Source of the DNA: Candidatus Micrarchaeota archaeon
GTDB taxonomy: Archaea; Micrarchaeota; Micrarchaeia; Anstonellales; Bilamarchaeaceae
Direction of reading: 5' to 3'
DNA: 64,000 nt
NCBI GenBank assembly: GCA_043827025.1
Contig: JBDRPL010000010.1
Span: 1 to 64,000, forward strand
Position 1 is the stretch's first letter. Each line of letters starts with the position of its first letter. Below are positions 17,578 through 26,975 of the stretch, piece by piece. The notes under the pieces were generated by a model. The model made no database searches. It saw only the letters and a program-made list of their open reading frames with translations, and had not been told where the DNA came from. A program made the translations under genes and the position numbers.

Positions 17578-19419
17578 CTAAGCAAGACAAACCTTTCTCC
17601 AATTCGGATCGCCTTGTTTTCTCCTTTCAGTCATTTCCCTTCTCATTCTTGGCAGTTTTCTCCATAAGTTATAAGCTTCGTGGTTACGAAGAGGCGTTGC
17701 CATGAGTATATTTTCCGCATTTTTCCTTCCAGATCTTTCGAAAACATCTTCTACTATTGGATCCAGTGCCCTCATTTCTCTTGGTTCGCCCGTGGTCATC
17801 AATGTTTTGTCGCTAAGCATCTCCACTGCCTTAGCATACGTTATGATTTCTAGGGCCATCCTTTTAATCTGGGCAGGAAATTCAATTCCTGATCCAAGAA
17901 GCATCCCTGCATATCTTGTTGCAAAACTGAATCCAAGGTAATTCATGAGCGCGCCTTTGTTCATTTCTTTTTCCGGCCCACTCATCCATTCTATTTGTTT
18001 AAATGCCTGAGCCATGCTTGTCATTGTTGAAAGCAATATAGGGTCAAGCGGGAGCGAGCTTTCATATAATATTCTTTGGCTGTTTTTTCCTTCCAAGATA
18101 GCTATGTTCCTATGAAAATATCTCTCAAACTCTTCAGGGAACCTTTCATGCACCAATCGTAGTATTTCTTCTTCAGGTGTGTCTGGATAAACCTTGATTG
18201 CCCCATTGTTTGTTACATACATGCAGAACCAGTTTTTCATGTCCATCATGAATTTTATGAAACTGTACCATTCATTTTTCATCCCTATGATGCTTGCATC
18301 TATCCCAGGAGGCAGGATGAACAGATCCAGCCTGAACCAGGATTTTCTCCCTTGTTTTTGCCAATATGCCTCTCCCATTGCGTCAACTGCCCTGAGTATC
18401 TCTTGGTTCGTGAAGTCTGGCTTTCCAAACATCCTTCTCCTTCCTCTTGAAAATGTCTCAAGACCTATCCCTACTGATTCTAGCCCATAATCAATCATTT
18501 CCAATATCCTTCTGCTTACTTTTCTTTTGCTAACCTCTCCTGCTTCAAGAAGGTGGGTAGGTTTGCACATCACTCCGAATCCCTGTCCAAGTGTTCTTTT
18601 CATTTCCTGGTATCCCTTGTCTTCAAAATCAAAGAAAGGGCCATAGTATTCCAATCCAGGTTTCTGCCACCCTCTCCTTGAGGTTTCACGTATGGCTTCC
18701 AAGGCGTAATCCTGCCGTTGTTGTATTGTAAGCGGCACAGGTATAGGGTCATACCTGCAATATGAACAGCCCTGCGTGCATAGGTGGAACATTGGATAGG
18801 GAATAACCATTTTTTGTTCAGGTTGGTGCTCGTTATATCTGAACAGAGTCCTTGCGCTTATTTTCAATTCCCTTATGAATCTTGTTTCCTGCTTTTCTGC
18901 GTCTTGGAGAGGATGGATTATTGTTTCGCCGATTCGCTGGTAAAGTCCTGGAATTGTTTGCAGATGCTCCCTGTCAACCTCTGTTCCTCTTGCCTTGCAT
19001 TCGTCAACATGTTCGCAGAATCTCCTGAAGCTCATCAATCCCGAACCTGCGAAGAAAAAGTCTGCGCCAGTATGCAGTAGCGCAGCTTCTGCCAATCCTT
19101 CTGGAACAGGGCCACCTATTGCATAGATCGCATCAGAATTAAGCTCTTTCACATATTGGACATTTGATTTGACAGTATGCCCTTTTGGAATTTTCCCAGG
19201 AGGCACTGCCAATTCATCAACATACAATGTGGAACAAACAATTTCTGCAGAAGCAACTTCTTCAAAACCTGCAGAATTCATGTCTCGGTATTCAAGTTTT
19301 CCAATCTGCCTCCAACCAAGTTTTGGCTGTTCAGAGAGCATTGCATCTAGCAATACTGGAACAAAGTTCTCTCTGTTCGTTTTCGAATCGGATTGTGGCA
19401 GGAATAGTACTTGGAGCAT
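17578..19419 (-). CDS. Radical SAM protein with divergent B12-binding-like N-terminus
   Basis: CTQGCSYC (CxxxCxxC), upstream IGGP and ADFFFAGSG, downstream VGIGLET. Confidence 0.75.
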   Translation of the reverse strand: MLQVLFLPQSDSKTNRENFVPVLLDAMLSEQPKLGWRQIGKLEYRDMNSAGFEEVASAEIVCSTLYVDELAVPPGKIPKGHTVKSNVQYVKELNSDAIYAIGGPVPEGLAEAALLHTGADFFFAGSGLMSFRRFCEHVDECKARGTEVDREHLQTIPGLYQRIGETIIHPLQDAEKQETRFIRELKISARTLFRYNEHQPEQKMVIPYPMFHLCTQGCSYCRYDPIPVPLTIQQRQDYALEAIRETSRRGWQKPGLEYYGPFFDFEDKGYQEMKRTLGQGFGVMCKPTHLLEAGEVSKRKVSRRILEMIDYGLESVGIGLETFSRGRRRMFGKPDFTNQEILRAVDAMGEAYWQKQGRKSWFRLDLFILPPGIDASIIGMKNEWYSFIKFMMDMKNWFCMYVTNNGAIKVYPDTPEEEILRLVHERFPEEFERYFHRNIAILEGKNSQRILYESSLPLDPILLSTMTSMAQAFKQIEWMSGPEKEMNKGALMNYLGFSFATRYAGMLLGSGIEFPAQIKRMALEIITYAKAVEMLSDKTLMTTGEPREMRALDPIVEDVFERSGRKNAENILMATPLRNHEAYNLWRKLPRMRREMTERRKQGDPNWRKVCLA

Positions 19420-19464
19420 TTTTATCTGTTTTTTAATTGTTGCAAAAAGTTTATAAATGAGGCA

Positions 19465-20472
19465 TTACTTTCTAACCTTTAGATCTATGACTATCTGATT
19501 AACCTTCGGAGCATATGGTCTCACAATTTTCCAATTTAATATCTCGACCTTCACTCTTTCGCGCTCAGCAGCCTTCTTTACTATATTAATTGCCTTGTCT
19601 GGCATATCTTTCAAATCAACCATTGCGTAAAAGTGAATTATGCATCCGTTTTTCGCAGCTGAGAATGCAACATCTAAAAAGTCTTCAGCAGAATGCGGAA
19701 GCGGCATTGCAATCCTGTCAGCACAGTTCCTTGGCGTGACTTTTCGAACATCACCTTCAATCACCTGTACATTGGCCAATTTATTGAGCTTCACGTTCTC
19801 GCGCATGTATCTTACAGCATCAGGATTCAATTCAATCGCAATCAACTTTGCATCAGGATTTTGTTTTCCTATTACAAGTGCAAACGGTCCGACACCTGCG
19901 AACATTATCATTATATTCTCAGCTCTGCCACCAACAATATCTGCAATTCGTTTTCTTTCGGTTGCCAGCCTAGGTGAAAAGTAAACCTTTGCAACATCGA
20001 GTTTCATTGAGCAGCCATGTTCTTTGTAAATAGTTTCTGTAGTCTCAATTCCAGCAATGTGCTTCAACTCGCGAACGCGATACTCACCTTTCATTGCACT
20101 CATTTTCTTGTAAACAGAATGGATGCTCTTATGGACTTTCATTATCGCGTTTGCAATTTCTTTTTCTCTGCCAGTCATTTTTTCCGGTATCTCTACAATC
20201 GCAATATCTCCTATCATGTCGAATGAGCTTATTGATTCTTTTAGAATTTGACCTATACTTTCAGGTCTTTTTACTTTGGTGCCTCTTCGTTTTATTATCT
20301 CAAGTCCATCCTTTCCATCTGTTTCTTTAGCTTCTTTAGTAACTGGAAAGAAAACAAAATCGCCTTCGGAAAACGCAAGATAATTCTTGTCATACTTCTG
20401 CCTGTCAACCAGCTTCTTCCTGGTCCTTTCGGCATCTTTCTTATGGACTTTGATGAACAACATTTGTTTCAC
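19465..20472 (-). CDS. trm5: tRNA m1G37 methyltransferase, Trm5/Taw2 family
   Basis: SFDMIGDIAI, YKEHGC, KVYFSPRLATER, MFAGVGPF, IELNP, RIAMPLP. Confidence 0.88.
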   Translation of the reverse strand: MKQMLFIKVHKKDAERTRKKLVDRQKYDKNYLAFSEGDFVFFPVTKEAKETDGKDGLEIIKRRGTKVKRPESIGQILKESISSFDMIGDIAIVEIPEKMTGREKEIANAIMKVHKSIHSVYKKMSAMKGEYRVRELKHIAGIETTETIYKEHGCSMKLDVAKVYFSPRLATERKRIADIVGGRAENIMIMFAGVGPFALVIGKQNPDAKLIAIELNPDAVRYMRENVKLNKLANVQVIEGDVRKVTPRNCADRIAMPLPHSAEDFLDVAFSAAKNGCIIHFYAMVDLKDMPDKAINIVKKAAERERVKVEILNWKIVRPYAPKVNQIVIDLKVRK

Positions 20473-20580
20473 GCTTGGTTTATATATCTCTTAGGATGAT
20501 TTAAACTTGATTTTAATGGAGAGTTTCATTCATTTTCTGAAAGAACAAATTTAAATTTTTATTCTAACATTAAAAAAGGT

Positions 20581-20994
20581 ATGGTAATTAAGTTCAACAC
20601 AAAAATTCCGCTATATGAGTTGGAAGAATATCTCAGAACAATGCTTGAAGGAATTAGGCCAATTATCCACATTGGAACTGTTGATCGACAAACAAAGGCA
20701 GGAAAGGTGGTAAAAGTAAGCGAAATGGACGCCGGTGAAATCGACAGAAGAGCTGCAAAATTCTATCCTCATATACGAGAAGCATTAGGCAAAAAAGAAG
20801 TTTATGATGCATTCATAAAGAAACTGGTGGATCAAAAAGAAGGATTCGAAGGGGTTTTGAGGATGACTCTGCCTCAAGGCCAGATTAGGGTTGAACTCTC
20901 TAAAGACAGAGAAGGAATTGACATATTTCTTCCAAAAGATAGAGTCGGAACAGTAAGGGCGCGGATTTACATCGACGATCAGGACAACATGTAG
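20581..20994 (+). CDS. Hypothetical protein
   Basis: 137-aa ATG ORF filling the gap after an AT-rich promoter-like region. Confidence 0.65.
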   Translation: MVIKFNTKIPLYELEEYLRTMLEGIRPIIHIGTVDRQTKAGKVVKVSEMDAGEIDRRAAKFYPHIREALGKKEVYDAFIKKLVDQKEGFEGVLRMTLPQGQIRVELSKDREGIDIFLPKDRVGTVRARIYIDDQDNM

Positions 20995-21036
20995 GTACAT
21001 ACCAAAACAAGAATAGATTGTATAAATACAGGTCAA

Positions 21037-21393
21037 ATGATCGCATTCATTGCAAAACACAAGGAAGGCCAGGTCGAGGGTATCAAGGAAGAATTGGCGC
21101 GTGATAAGACTAATTTCGCTATTTTTGATTATCTTCGAATGACTCAGAAATACGAAAAGCTTGATGATCTTCAAAGGCAAAAGCTTCGTGATTTATTATA
21201 TGGCAAACTAGATGTTCAAGTAGAAAACGGAGTAACTTATGTGACGAATATGAGTAAATCTCCCGAAAAAAGGACAGTTACTATCACAGAGCTATTTCAT
21301 GTGACTGCAGATGGGCAAATCATTCTTGATTTTCCAAAGTCAGAGACAACTGACCTAGAAGAATACATCAGAAGATCGAGAATATCTAAGTAG
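21037..21393 (+). CDS. Hypothetical protein
   Basis: 118-aa ORF converging on leuS without overlap. Confidence 0.6.
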   Translation: MIAFIAKHKEGQVEGIKEELARDKTNFAIFDYLRMTQKYEKLDDLQRQKLRDLLYGKLDVQVENGVTYVTNMSKSPEKRTVTITELFHVTADGQIILDFPKSETTDLEEYIRRSRISK

Positions 21394-21395
21394 TT

Positions 21396-24152
21396 CTATT
21401 CAACATCCAACTTAATCGCTGGTTTCCCCGGGAGTGCGTTCTTCGCTTTTGGCTCTGCACCAGCTTTGTCCTCAAGCATTACCCTGACCTCACAGGAATA
21501 TTCCTTCTCAAAGAATTCCTTTGCATCCTTAAGCGCATCCATCTCGCTTTCTTCTGTTGGAGGCACAGGAAGTGCATAAACATTTTTTATGGTCTGCTTC
21601 ACAATGCGCTGGACTTCTCCCATGTTCATCTTTTTCGCAGATGCAATCTTCATTATCTTGTCCAAAGCCTTTTCTTCACGCATTATTACCTGAAGATCTC
21701 GTTTCCATTGGGATGCGACATATATTTCGATTGATTTTATTTTCTGTGTCGAATCCTTGATCACGAATCCTTTTATCCTGTCAATATCCTCTTTCATCTG
21801 TTTTACTGCGTTCTCAGCATCCTCTATTTCTTTGCTAATCTCCCTATCATCACATTCTGGGAACTTCTGTTCGCAACAGAATCCCTTGCCACCAAGCATG
21901 CTCCAGAATTCTTCGGCATGGAATGGCATGAATGGGGAAATCAATAGAGTCCATTTTTTGAAGAATGATTCGAGCCTCGGCTCCTTTGCCCTTTTCAGGT
22001 ACCAGGAAAGGTCAGCATGTATGTCATAGAATATCTCAAGTGCTAGTTCCCTAAGCGCAAGGTTTGGATAAAGCTCATTCGCCTTTCTTATCTTTCGATT
22101 AAGTCGAGACATTAACCATTTGTCGATTTGTCCAGGTTTGGCCTTGCCCTTTTCTTTTGAAGCTAATTCCATCAATCGTGAAAAGAATTCCAATCTTGTT
22201 TTCGTTCCTTCAGCAACGCTCTTGTTGAAATCCGTGTCCTGAGTAAGGTCTGCTCCGCTTACTGTTGAGAATCGAACCACATCTGCTCCGAATTCCTTTA
22301 TTGCCTTTCTTAGTGGAAGGATGTTACCCATGCTCTTGCTCATCTTCTTTCCATCCATCAAAACAAATCCGTTCGTAACAATCTGTTTAGGCCAGTTTTT
22401 CTTTTCAAATATGGCAACATGGTTGAATATGTAGAATGGAAGGTGGTTCCTCACAAGGTCAGCACCGCTGTGCCTTGAATCGCATGGATACCAATACGAA
22501 AAACTCTGGCGGAGTTTTTCGAGTTTTGGGTTCCAGGTCTTGTGTTTTGTTTCCTCTCCTAGGAACACGTAATCAAAGAATTCATCGCCCATCTCGCTTT
22601 CATCGACTTCTCCAAGAAGGTGGGAAATCGTATAGAATGCCATGTAAATTGTGCTGTCAGACAATGCCTCTATGACCAGTTTCTCGTCAAAGGGGAATTT
22701 GGTCCCAAGCCCTCTGCTGCGGGCGCAAGGCTTTTGCTTGAACCAGTTGATCGCATATTCATATTCGCTTCTTGTTTTTTCAGGGATTATGGTCATTTTC
22801 CCAAGGCATTCTTCCGCCTTCTTCTTCCATTCCACAATTCCATAGTCAATGAACCATTGGTCGATTATATTGACAATTACCTCGGCTCCGCATCTGCACC
22901 GCACCGGCTTGTTGCTTATTTCCCATAATATGACAGCCTGCTTCTTTGCAAACATCTCATTCTTTGTTTTTTCAATTGCAACAGAAACCTTTTCACCAGA
23001 ATGCGGTCCTGCGACCATAATTCCCGTCAGTATCTCTTTCTTGTAGACCTCCTTTACTATATCCTCTATTTTAGGATCATGTTGGTCCTTCACGCCCATC
23101 TTTTCAAGGAGTTCAAGAGCCATGAATTTGTAGCCTTCAACTTTTATAATCGGGGTATAATCCAATTTTATTCCAAGATCAACAAGTCCCATGTGGTCAT
23201 AAGGCGCATGGGAAGGCACGCTCATCACGATTCCTGTGCCGACATCATCCTTCACATATTCTGCCTTGTAGATTGGGACCTCCTCCCCAGTCACGATATT
23301 TTTCGCTTTTCTGCCAACCATTTCTTTTCCATAGAACTCTTTAATCACCTGAAGCTCGAATCCTTGCGAATTCATCTTGTCGCATGTCTTTTTTGAAATA
23401 TAGTATATGTCGCCGGTTTTCTTGCTCATTGCCTTTACATGCTCTGTAGATGGATTGACCCAGATATTGGTGACGCCATATATTGTTTCAGGCCTAAGCG
23501 TTGCTGTGAGTATGAAACCATCTTCATATCCGAATTTAATTGCTGTAAATTCCTTTAGTTCTGGATCAACATCTCCCTTAGTGTCATGGCCACCAACTGC
23601 CTGGTTATCTACAGGGCACCATGCAATAGGGTATTTGCCCTGCACTATGTAGCCTAGTTTCTTCAATCTTCTGAACTGCCATTGGATGAACCTGTTGAAT
23701 TTTTTGTCAGAACTGTAGAATTTCCTTCTCCAATCTATGCTATAGCCCATCTCATGCATTCCTACTTCTATCTCCTTTGAGAAGTACATCACCAAGTCTT
23801 CAGGCTTTGTAAGCTTTGCAGCTGTTTTTCGATCGATGCCATAGATGTTTTCAAACACCGAAAGCACTTCTTCATCTTTGTCTGCTATTCTTTTGGCCAT
23901 GGCGATTATAGGGGTTCCAGTGACATGAAAGCCCATTGGAAACAGTGTGCAATATCCTTTCATTCTTAGAAAACGGGCATAGATGTCTGCAGTCGTATAT
24001 GTCCTTCCATGGCCTATGTGCTGGGGTGAATTGGGATATGGAAATGCAGCAGTTATCATCTTCTTTTCTTTTTTGGAGGGTTCTGGGTTGTAAACATTTT
24101 CAGCATTCCATTTCTTGGCCCATTTTTCTTCTATTTTAGTATGCATAAACAT
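21396..24152 (-). CDS. leuS: Leucine--tRNA ligase (archaeal/eukaryal type)
   Basis: FPYPN..HIGH, GFHVTGTP, TLRPET, GTGIVMSVPSHAP, KMSKS, A.PGKPAI C-terminus. Confidence 0.97.
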   Translation of the reverse strand: MFMHTKIEEKWAKKWNAENVYNPEPSKKEKKMITAAFPYPNSPQHIGHGRTYTTADIYARFLRMKGYCTLFPMGFHVTGTPIIAMAKRIADKDEEVLSVFENIYGIDRKTAAKLTKPEDLVMYFSKEIEVGMHEMGYSIDWRRKFYSSDKKFNRFIQWQFRRLKKLGYIVQGKYPIAWCPVDNQAVGGHDTKGDVDPELKEFTAIKFGYEDGFILTATLRPETIYGVTNIWVNPSTEHVKAMSKKTGDIYYISKKTCDKMNSQGFELQVIKEFYGKEMVGRKAKNIVTGEEVPIYKAEYVKDDVGTGIVMSVPSHAPYDHMGLVDLGIKLDYTPIIKVEGYKFMALELLEKMGVKDQHDPKIEDIVKEVYKKEILTGIMVAGPHSGEKVSVAIEKTKNEMFAKKQAVILWEISNKPVRCRCGAEVIVNIIDQWFIDYGIVEWKKKAEECLGKMTIIPEKTRSEYEYAINWFKQKPCARSRGLGTKFPFDEKLVIEALSDSTIYMAFYTISHLLGEVDESEMGDEFFDYVFLGEETKHKTWNPKLEKLRQSFSYWYPCDSRHSGADLVRNHLPFYIFNHVAIFEKKNWPKQIVTNGFVLMDGKKMSKSMGNILPLRKAIKEFGADVVRFSTVSGADLTQDTDFNKSVAEGTKTRLEFFSRLMELASKEKGKAKPGQIDKWLMSRLNRKIRKANELYPNLALRELALEIFYDIHADLSWYLKRAKEPRLESFFKKWTLLISPFMPFHAEEFWSMLGGKGFCCEQKFPECDDREISKEIEDAENAVKQMKEDIDRIKGFVIKDSTQKIKSIEIYVASQWKRDLQVIMREEKALDKIMKIASAKKMNMGEVQRIVKQTIKNVYALPVPPTEESEMDALKDAKEFFEKEYSCEVRVMLEDKAGAEPKAKNALPGKPAIKLDVE

Positions 24153-24188
24153 TACCTTACGATTAGTGGCTTCTTTTCCGGAAAAACT

Positions 24189-24381
24189 ATGGGGACTTAG
24201 CTTTTTATAGCTAACCCATACCCCGTGTTTTCCTTAAAAAATAGTTGGGGGTGGTCAGAAGGCCCGATTGACTAAACGTCAATGGGCACAGTGAACGAAG
24301 TTCACTTGTGGTGCGTGGAAATGGGAGGGGGAACGGCCCCCTCGCGTTTTCGCATGGGGACTTAGCTTTTTATAGTTAACC
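24189..24381. repeat. 28-bp direct repeat (1 mismatch) flanking a 137-bp GC-rich hairpin cassette
   Basis: ATGGGGACTTAGCTTTTTATAG(C/T)TAACC at 24189-24216 and 24354-24381; the repeat contains a TATA-like TTTTTATA. Confidence 0.85.
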
Positions 24382-24397
24382 TGATTAGATATTATGC

Positions 24398-25657
24398 ATG
24401 TTATTCCCAGTGGCACAGCTAGTTATAAGTGGTCCCGTGTGGGGCAACATACTAGTTGCACTGATGTTTGGGGTAATTTTAACTTCGTTGACTTATTTTG
24501 TAGGTGCTATAACCCAAAGCCCTAAGATTAATGCGGCTGCAAAAGAAGAGCTTATTGCCCTTGTTTTCAGTATGGTAATAATAGGTTCATTTGCATTTGT
24601 GCTTGCAACCCTGAGCCAGGTAACTGCAGCCATATTTGCGGATGCAACTCATGATGCAGGCTTTGATCCTGCCCATGTTGCCAGTGGCGGGATGATAAAT
24701 TCTCATTTTGACCTTGCAAGTTCTGCCCTGGACATTTTGTTTGTGAAACTCAAGAGCATATACGCAAGCCTTTATCTTTATGATGTCCTCATAGGTTTCC
24801 TTTCAACAATGTCATTTCCTCTTGGAAATCCTATGCCATTTCTTGCGCTCATTACATTTTCATTCATGCCTTTTGATGGATTGGTGCTTCTTGTTAATGC
24901 CCATACTATAGTTGTGGAAGCAGTTGGCTACCTTATAACTGTGGTAATGGCAAAGCAGTCATTACTGATTTTTTCGCGGGATGTTGTCATAGCACTATTG
25001 CTTCCCCTTGGGCTTGTGATGCGCGCATTCCCCTGGCTGAGGATGACTGGTTCGAGCCTCATAGCGTTTTCTGTAACTCTTTATTTTATTTATCCGCTTA
25101 CATTACTGCTTTCCAATTACATGATATTTGATGTCTACAAACCAGTTGACTTTGTCTATTCACCAAACCAGAAAATGCTTTCATTTTTCGGTTCTGATAG
25201 TGACAGTAAAATTCCCGATGACACTATAACAGAACTTGAAAAGCTTACCGAACGCTCTGGAGAGGTTATGCATACCATGGCTGTTGAACCCGAGCATGAT
25301 TGCTCGGGGTCTACCTTCGCATTTCTCTGCAACCTTAAATATTATGCTTCGATGGTTTGGAGTGGTGTCACAGGATTTGCCGGGACTGTGTGGAATGTCT
25401 CGAAATTCATGTGGGGTTTTGGAGGGGATTATTTGGGCTATTTCTTTGGGAGCAAGGGAGGCCCGGCTTCTTTTGGTTCCACTGTTTCAGGGCTTTATAA
25501 ATTCGTTATTGAGGAAGTTGTGACTGTATCGCAGTTTATAGTGCTTATAACAATAACTTCGGTGATAGAGATAATAATCACTGTTACTATGTACAGGAAC
25601 ATAGCATTGCTGATCGGAGGAGAGGTTGAAATTGCAGGCCTTACGAAACTGGTGTAA
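24398..25657 (+). CDS. Polytopic membrane protein, VirB6/TrbL/CedA-like paralog 1
   Basis: Shared motifs AKEEL, GLVMRAFPWLRMTG..LIA....YP, C-terminal GGEVEIAGLTKLV. Confidence 0.7.
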   Translation: MLFPVAQLVISGPVWGNILVALMFGVILTSLTYFVGAITQSPKINAAAKEELIALVFSMVIIGSFAFVLATLSQVTAAIFADATHDAGFDPAHVASGGMINSHFDLASSALDILFVKLKSIYASLYLYDVLIGFLSTMSFPLGNPMPFLALITFSFMPFDGLVLLVNAHTIVVEAVGYLITVVMAKQSLLIFSRDVVIALLLPLGLVMRAFPWLRMTGSSLIAFSVTLYFIYPLTLLLSNYMIFDVYKPVDFVYSPNQKMLSFFGSDSDSKIPDDTITELEKLTERSGEVMHTMAVEPEHDCSGSTFAFLCNLKYYASMVWSGVTGFAGTVWNVSKFMWGFGGDYLGYFFGSKGGPASFGSTVSGLYKFVIEEVVTVSQFIVLITITSVIEIIITVTMYRNIALLIGGEVEIAGLTKLV

Positions 25658-25659
25658 TC

Positions 25660-26946
25660 ATGAAAAAACTCTCCATAATATTTATCTTGTTGTTGTTCGC
25701 AGGCTTGCTTTTTGCAGCAGTTGATTTCAACCAGAGTCTCACAGATGTGCGTGATCTTATTGAGGGAATGGTAACGCAGCTCCTTCCTATTTTGGCCTTG
25801 ACAATGGTTGTTTTCGCAGCTTTTGTATACCTCGCGGGCAGTATAGGTGATTCGTCAACTAGAGCAAGGGCAAGTGTTTGGGCAAACGCATTCTTGGTCT
25901 CGGCAGTCGTCTCAATACTGCTTTATATGGTATTGATAGCTTTCTTTGAGCAGGTGTTTAAGGACCTACCGCCTGAGATACAATTATATCAAAACATTTT
26001 TCTTGCAGTAGTCACCGTCCTGACAGGAATAATTGTAATCGCATATGGGATCTCTAGTGTCCTTAACAATTCTGAGTGGAAGGCCTATTGGGGCCATGAG
26101 ATTTCGCAACTCGTTGCATCAGTACTCATACTTTTTTTTGCATTGGCATTCTTCGTCACAGTGAATGCATTCTCTTCAAGCATGACTACATCTATAACTG
26201 GAATCAATGAGGCTACTGCGCCTCTTGCTGCAAATGCCTTTCTTGAGAGGATACTTCTTAAGAACATAGCTCCTGCAATCGACGATCTTTTCAAGCTTCA
26301 GCTCTGTCTTTCGCACCTAAGCACATTCCAGAGAAGAATTGGCGAGTATGTGCTTACGATGACTTACAAATTGTTTCCTGCAGTAGATTCCCTTCTTCAG
26401 GTAGTGAATGTGATTTTTTTTGGGTTCGTTGCAGTTCTGGGAAGCGTTTCGACCCAGATGCTGATCCTTAATATTGTGGATTCCGTAATGATCTATGTGT
26501 TGACTGCAGGAGTGATACTTAGGTTCATACCCCCTACGCGAGAGGCTGGCGTTTTTCTTATAGCTCTTGCAATAGGTTTTCAGGCAATATTTCCGCTCAC
26601 CTATATACTTAATATACATGCACTCAGTATTGTTGGTTTTGCTGATTACACACCACCAATCCAGATAATGACTCTTTGCGGTGCCAAATACATTGCATTT
26701 GGGGTCGGAACTGAATTAATCAGTTCAGCTCTTTCAGGAGTTCCTATCCTTGGTACTGCATGGGCTGCAATTTCGGGTTTGGTTACTGAGCTTCCGATAA
26801 ACCTTTTGAGCCCCTTGGAATTCACAGTATTCCTGGAGAATGTTGCATATCTGTCGCTCATAGCGCTTTTCATGCCCGCATTCTCAACGACGATTACGTT
26901 TGCATTTATAAATGCGTTCACCAAATTTGTTAATATGAAAATGTAG
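25660..26946 (+). CDS. VirB6/CedA-like paralog 2 with N-terminal VirB2/TrbC pilin-like module
   Basis: Signal peptide, TM-(STRARASVWA)-TM hairpin, then GVILRFIPPTREAG..LIA....FP. Confidence 0.65.
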   Translation: MKKLSIIFILLLFAGLLFAAVDFNQSLTDVRDLIEGMVTQLLPILALTMVVFAAFVYLAGSIGDSSTRARASVWANAFLVSAVVSILLYMVLIAFFEQVFKDLPPEIQLYQNIFLAVVTVLTGIIVIAYGISSVLNNSEWKAYWGHEISQLVASVLILFFALAFFVTVNAFSSSMTTSITGINEATAPLAANAFLERILLKNIAPAIDDLFKLQLCLSHLSTFQRRIGEYVLTMTYKLFPAVDSLLQVVNVIFFGFVAVLGSVSTQMLILNIVDSVMIYVLTAGVILRFIPPTREAGVFLIALAIGFQAIFPLTYILNIHALSIVGFADYTPPIQIMTLCGAKYIAFGVGTELISSALSGVPILGTAWAAISGLVTELPINLLSPLEFTVFLENVAYLSLIALFMPAFSTTITFAFINAFTKFVNMKM

Positions 26947-26975
26947 AAAATATGTAGAAATAAAGATGTGGAAAA

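Noticed and set aside
24189..24381. Possible mini-CRISPR array
   Set aside because: Only two repeats, a 137-bp structured spacer, and no cas genes in the window
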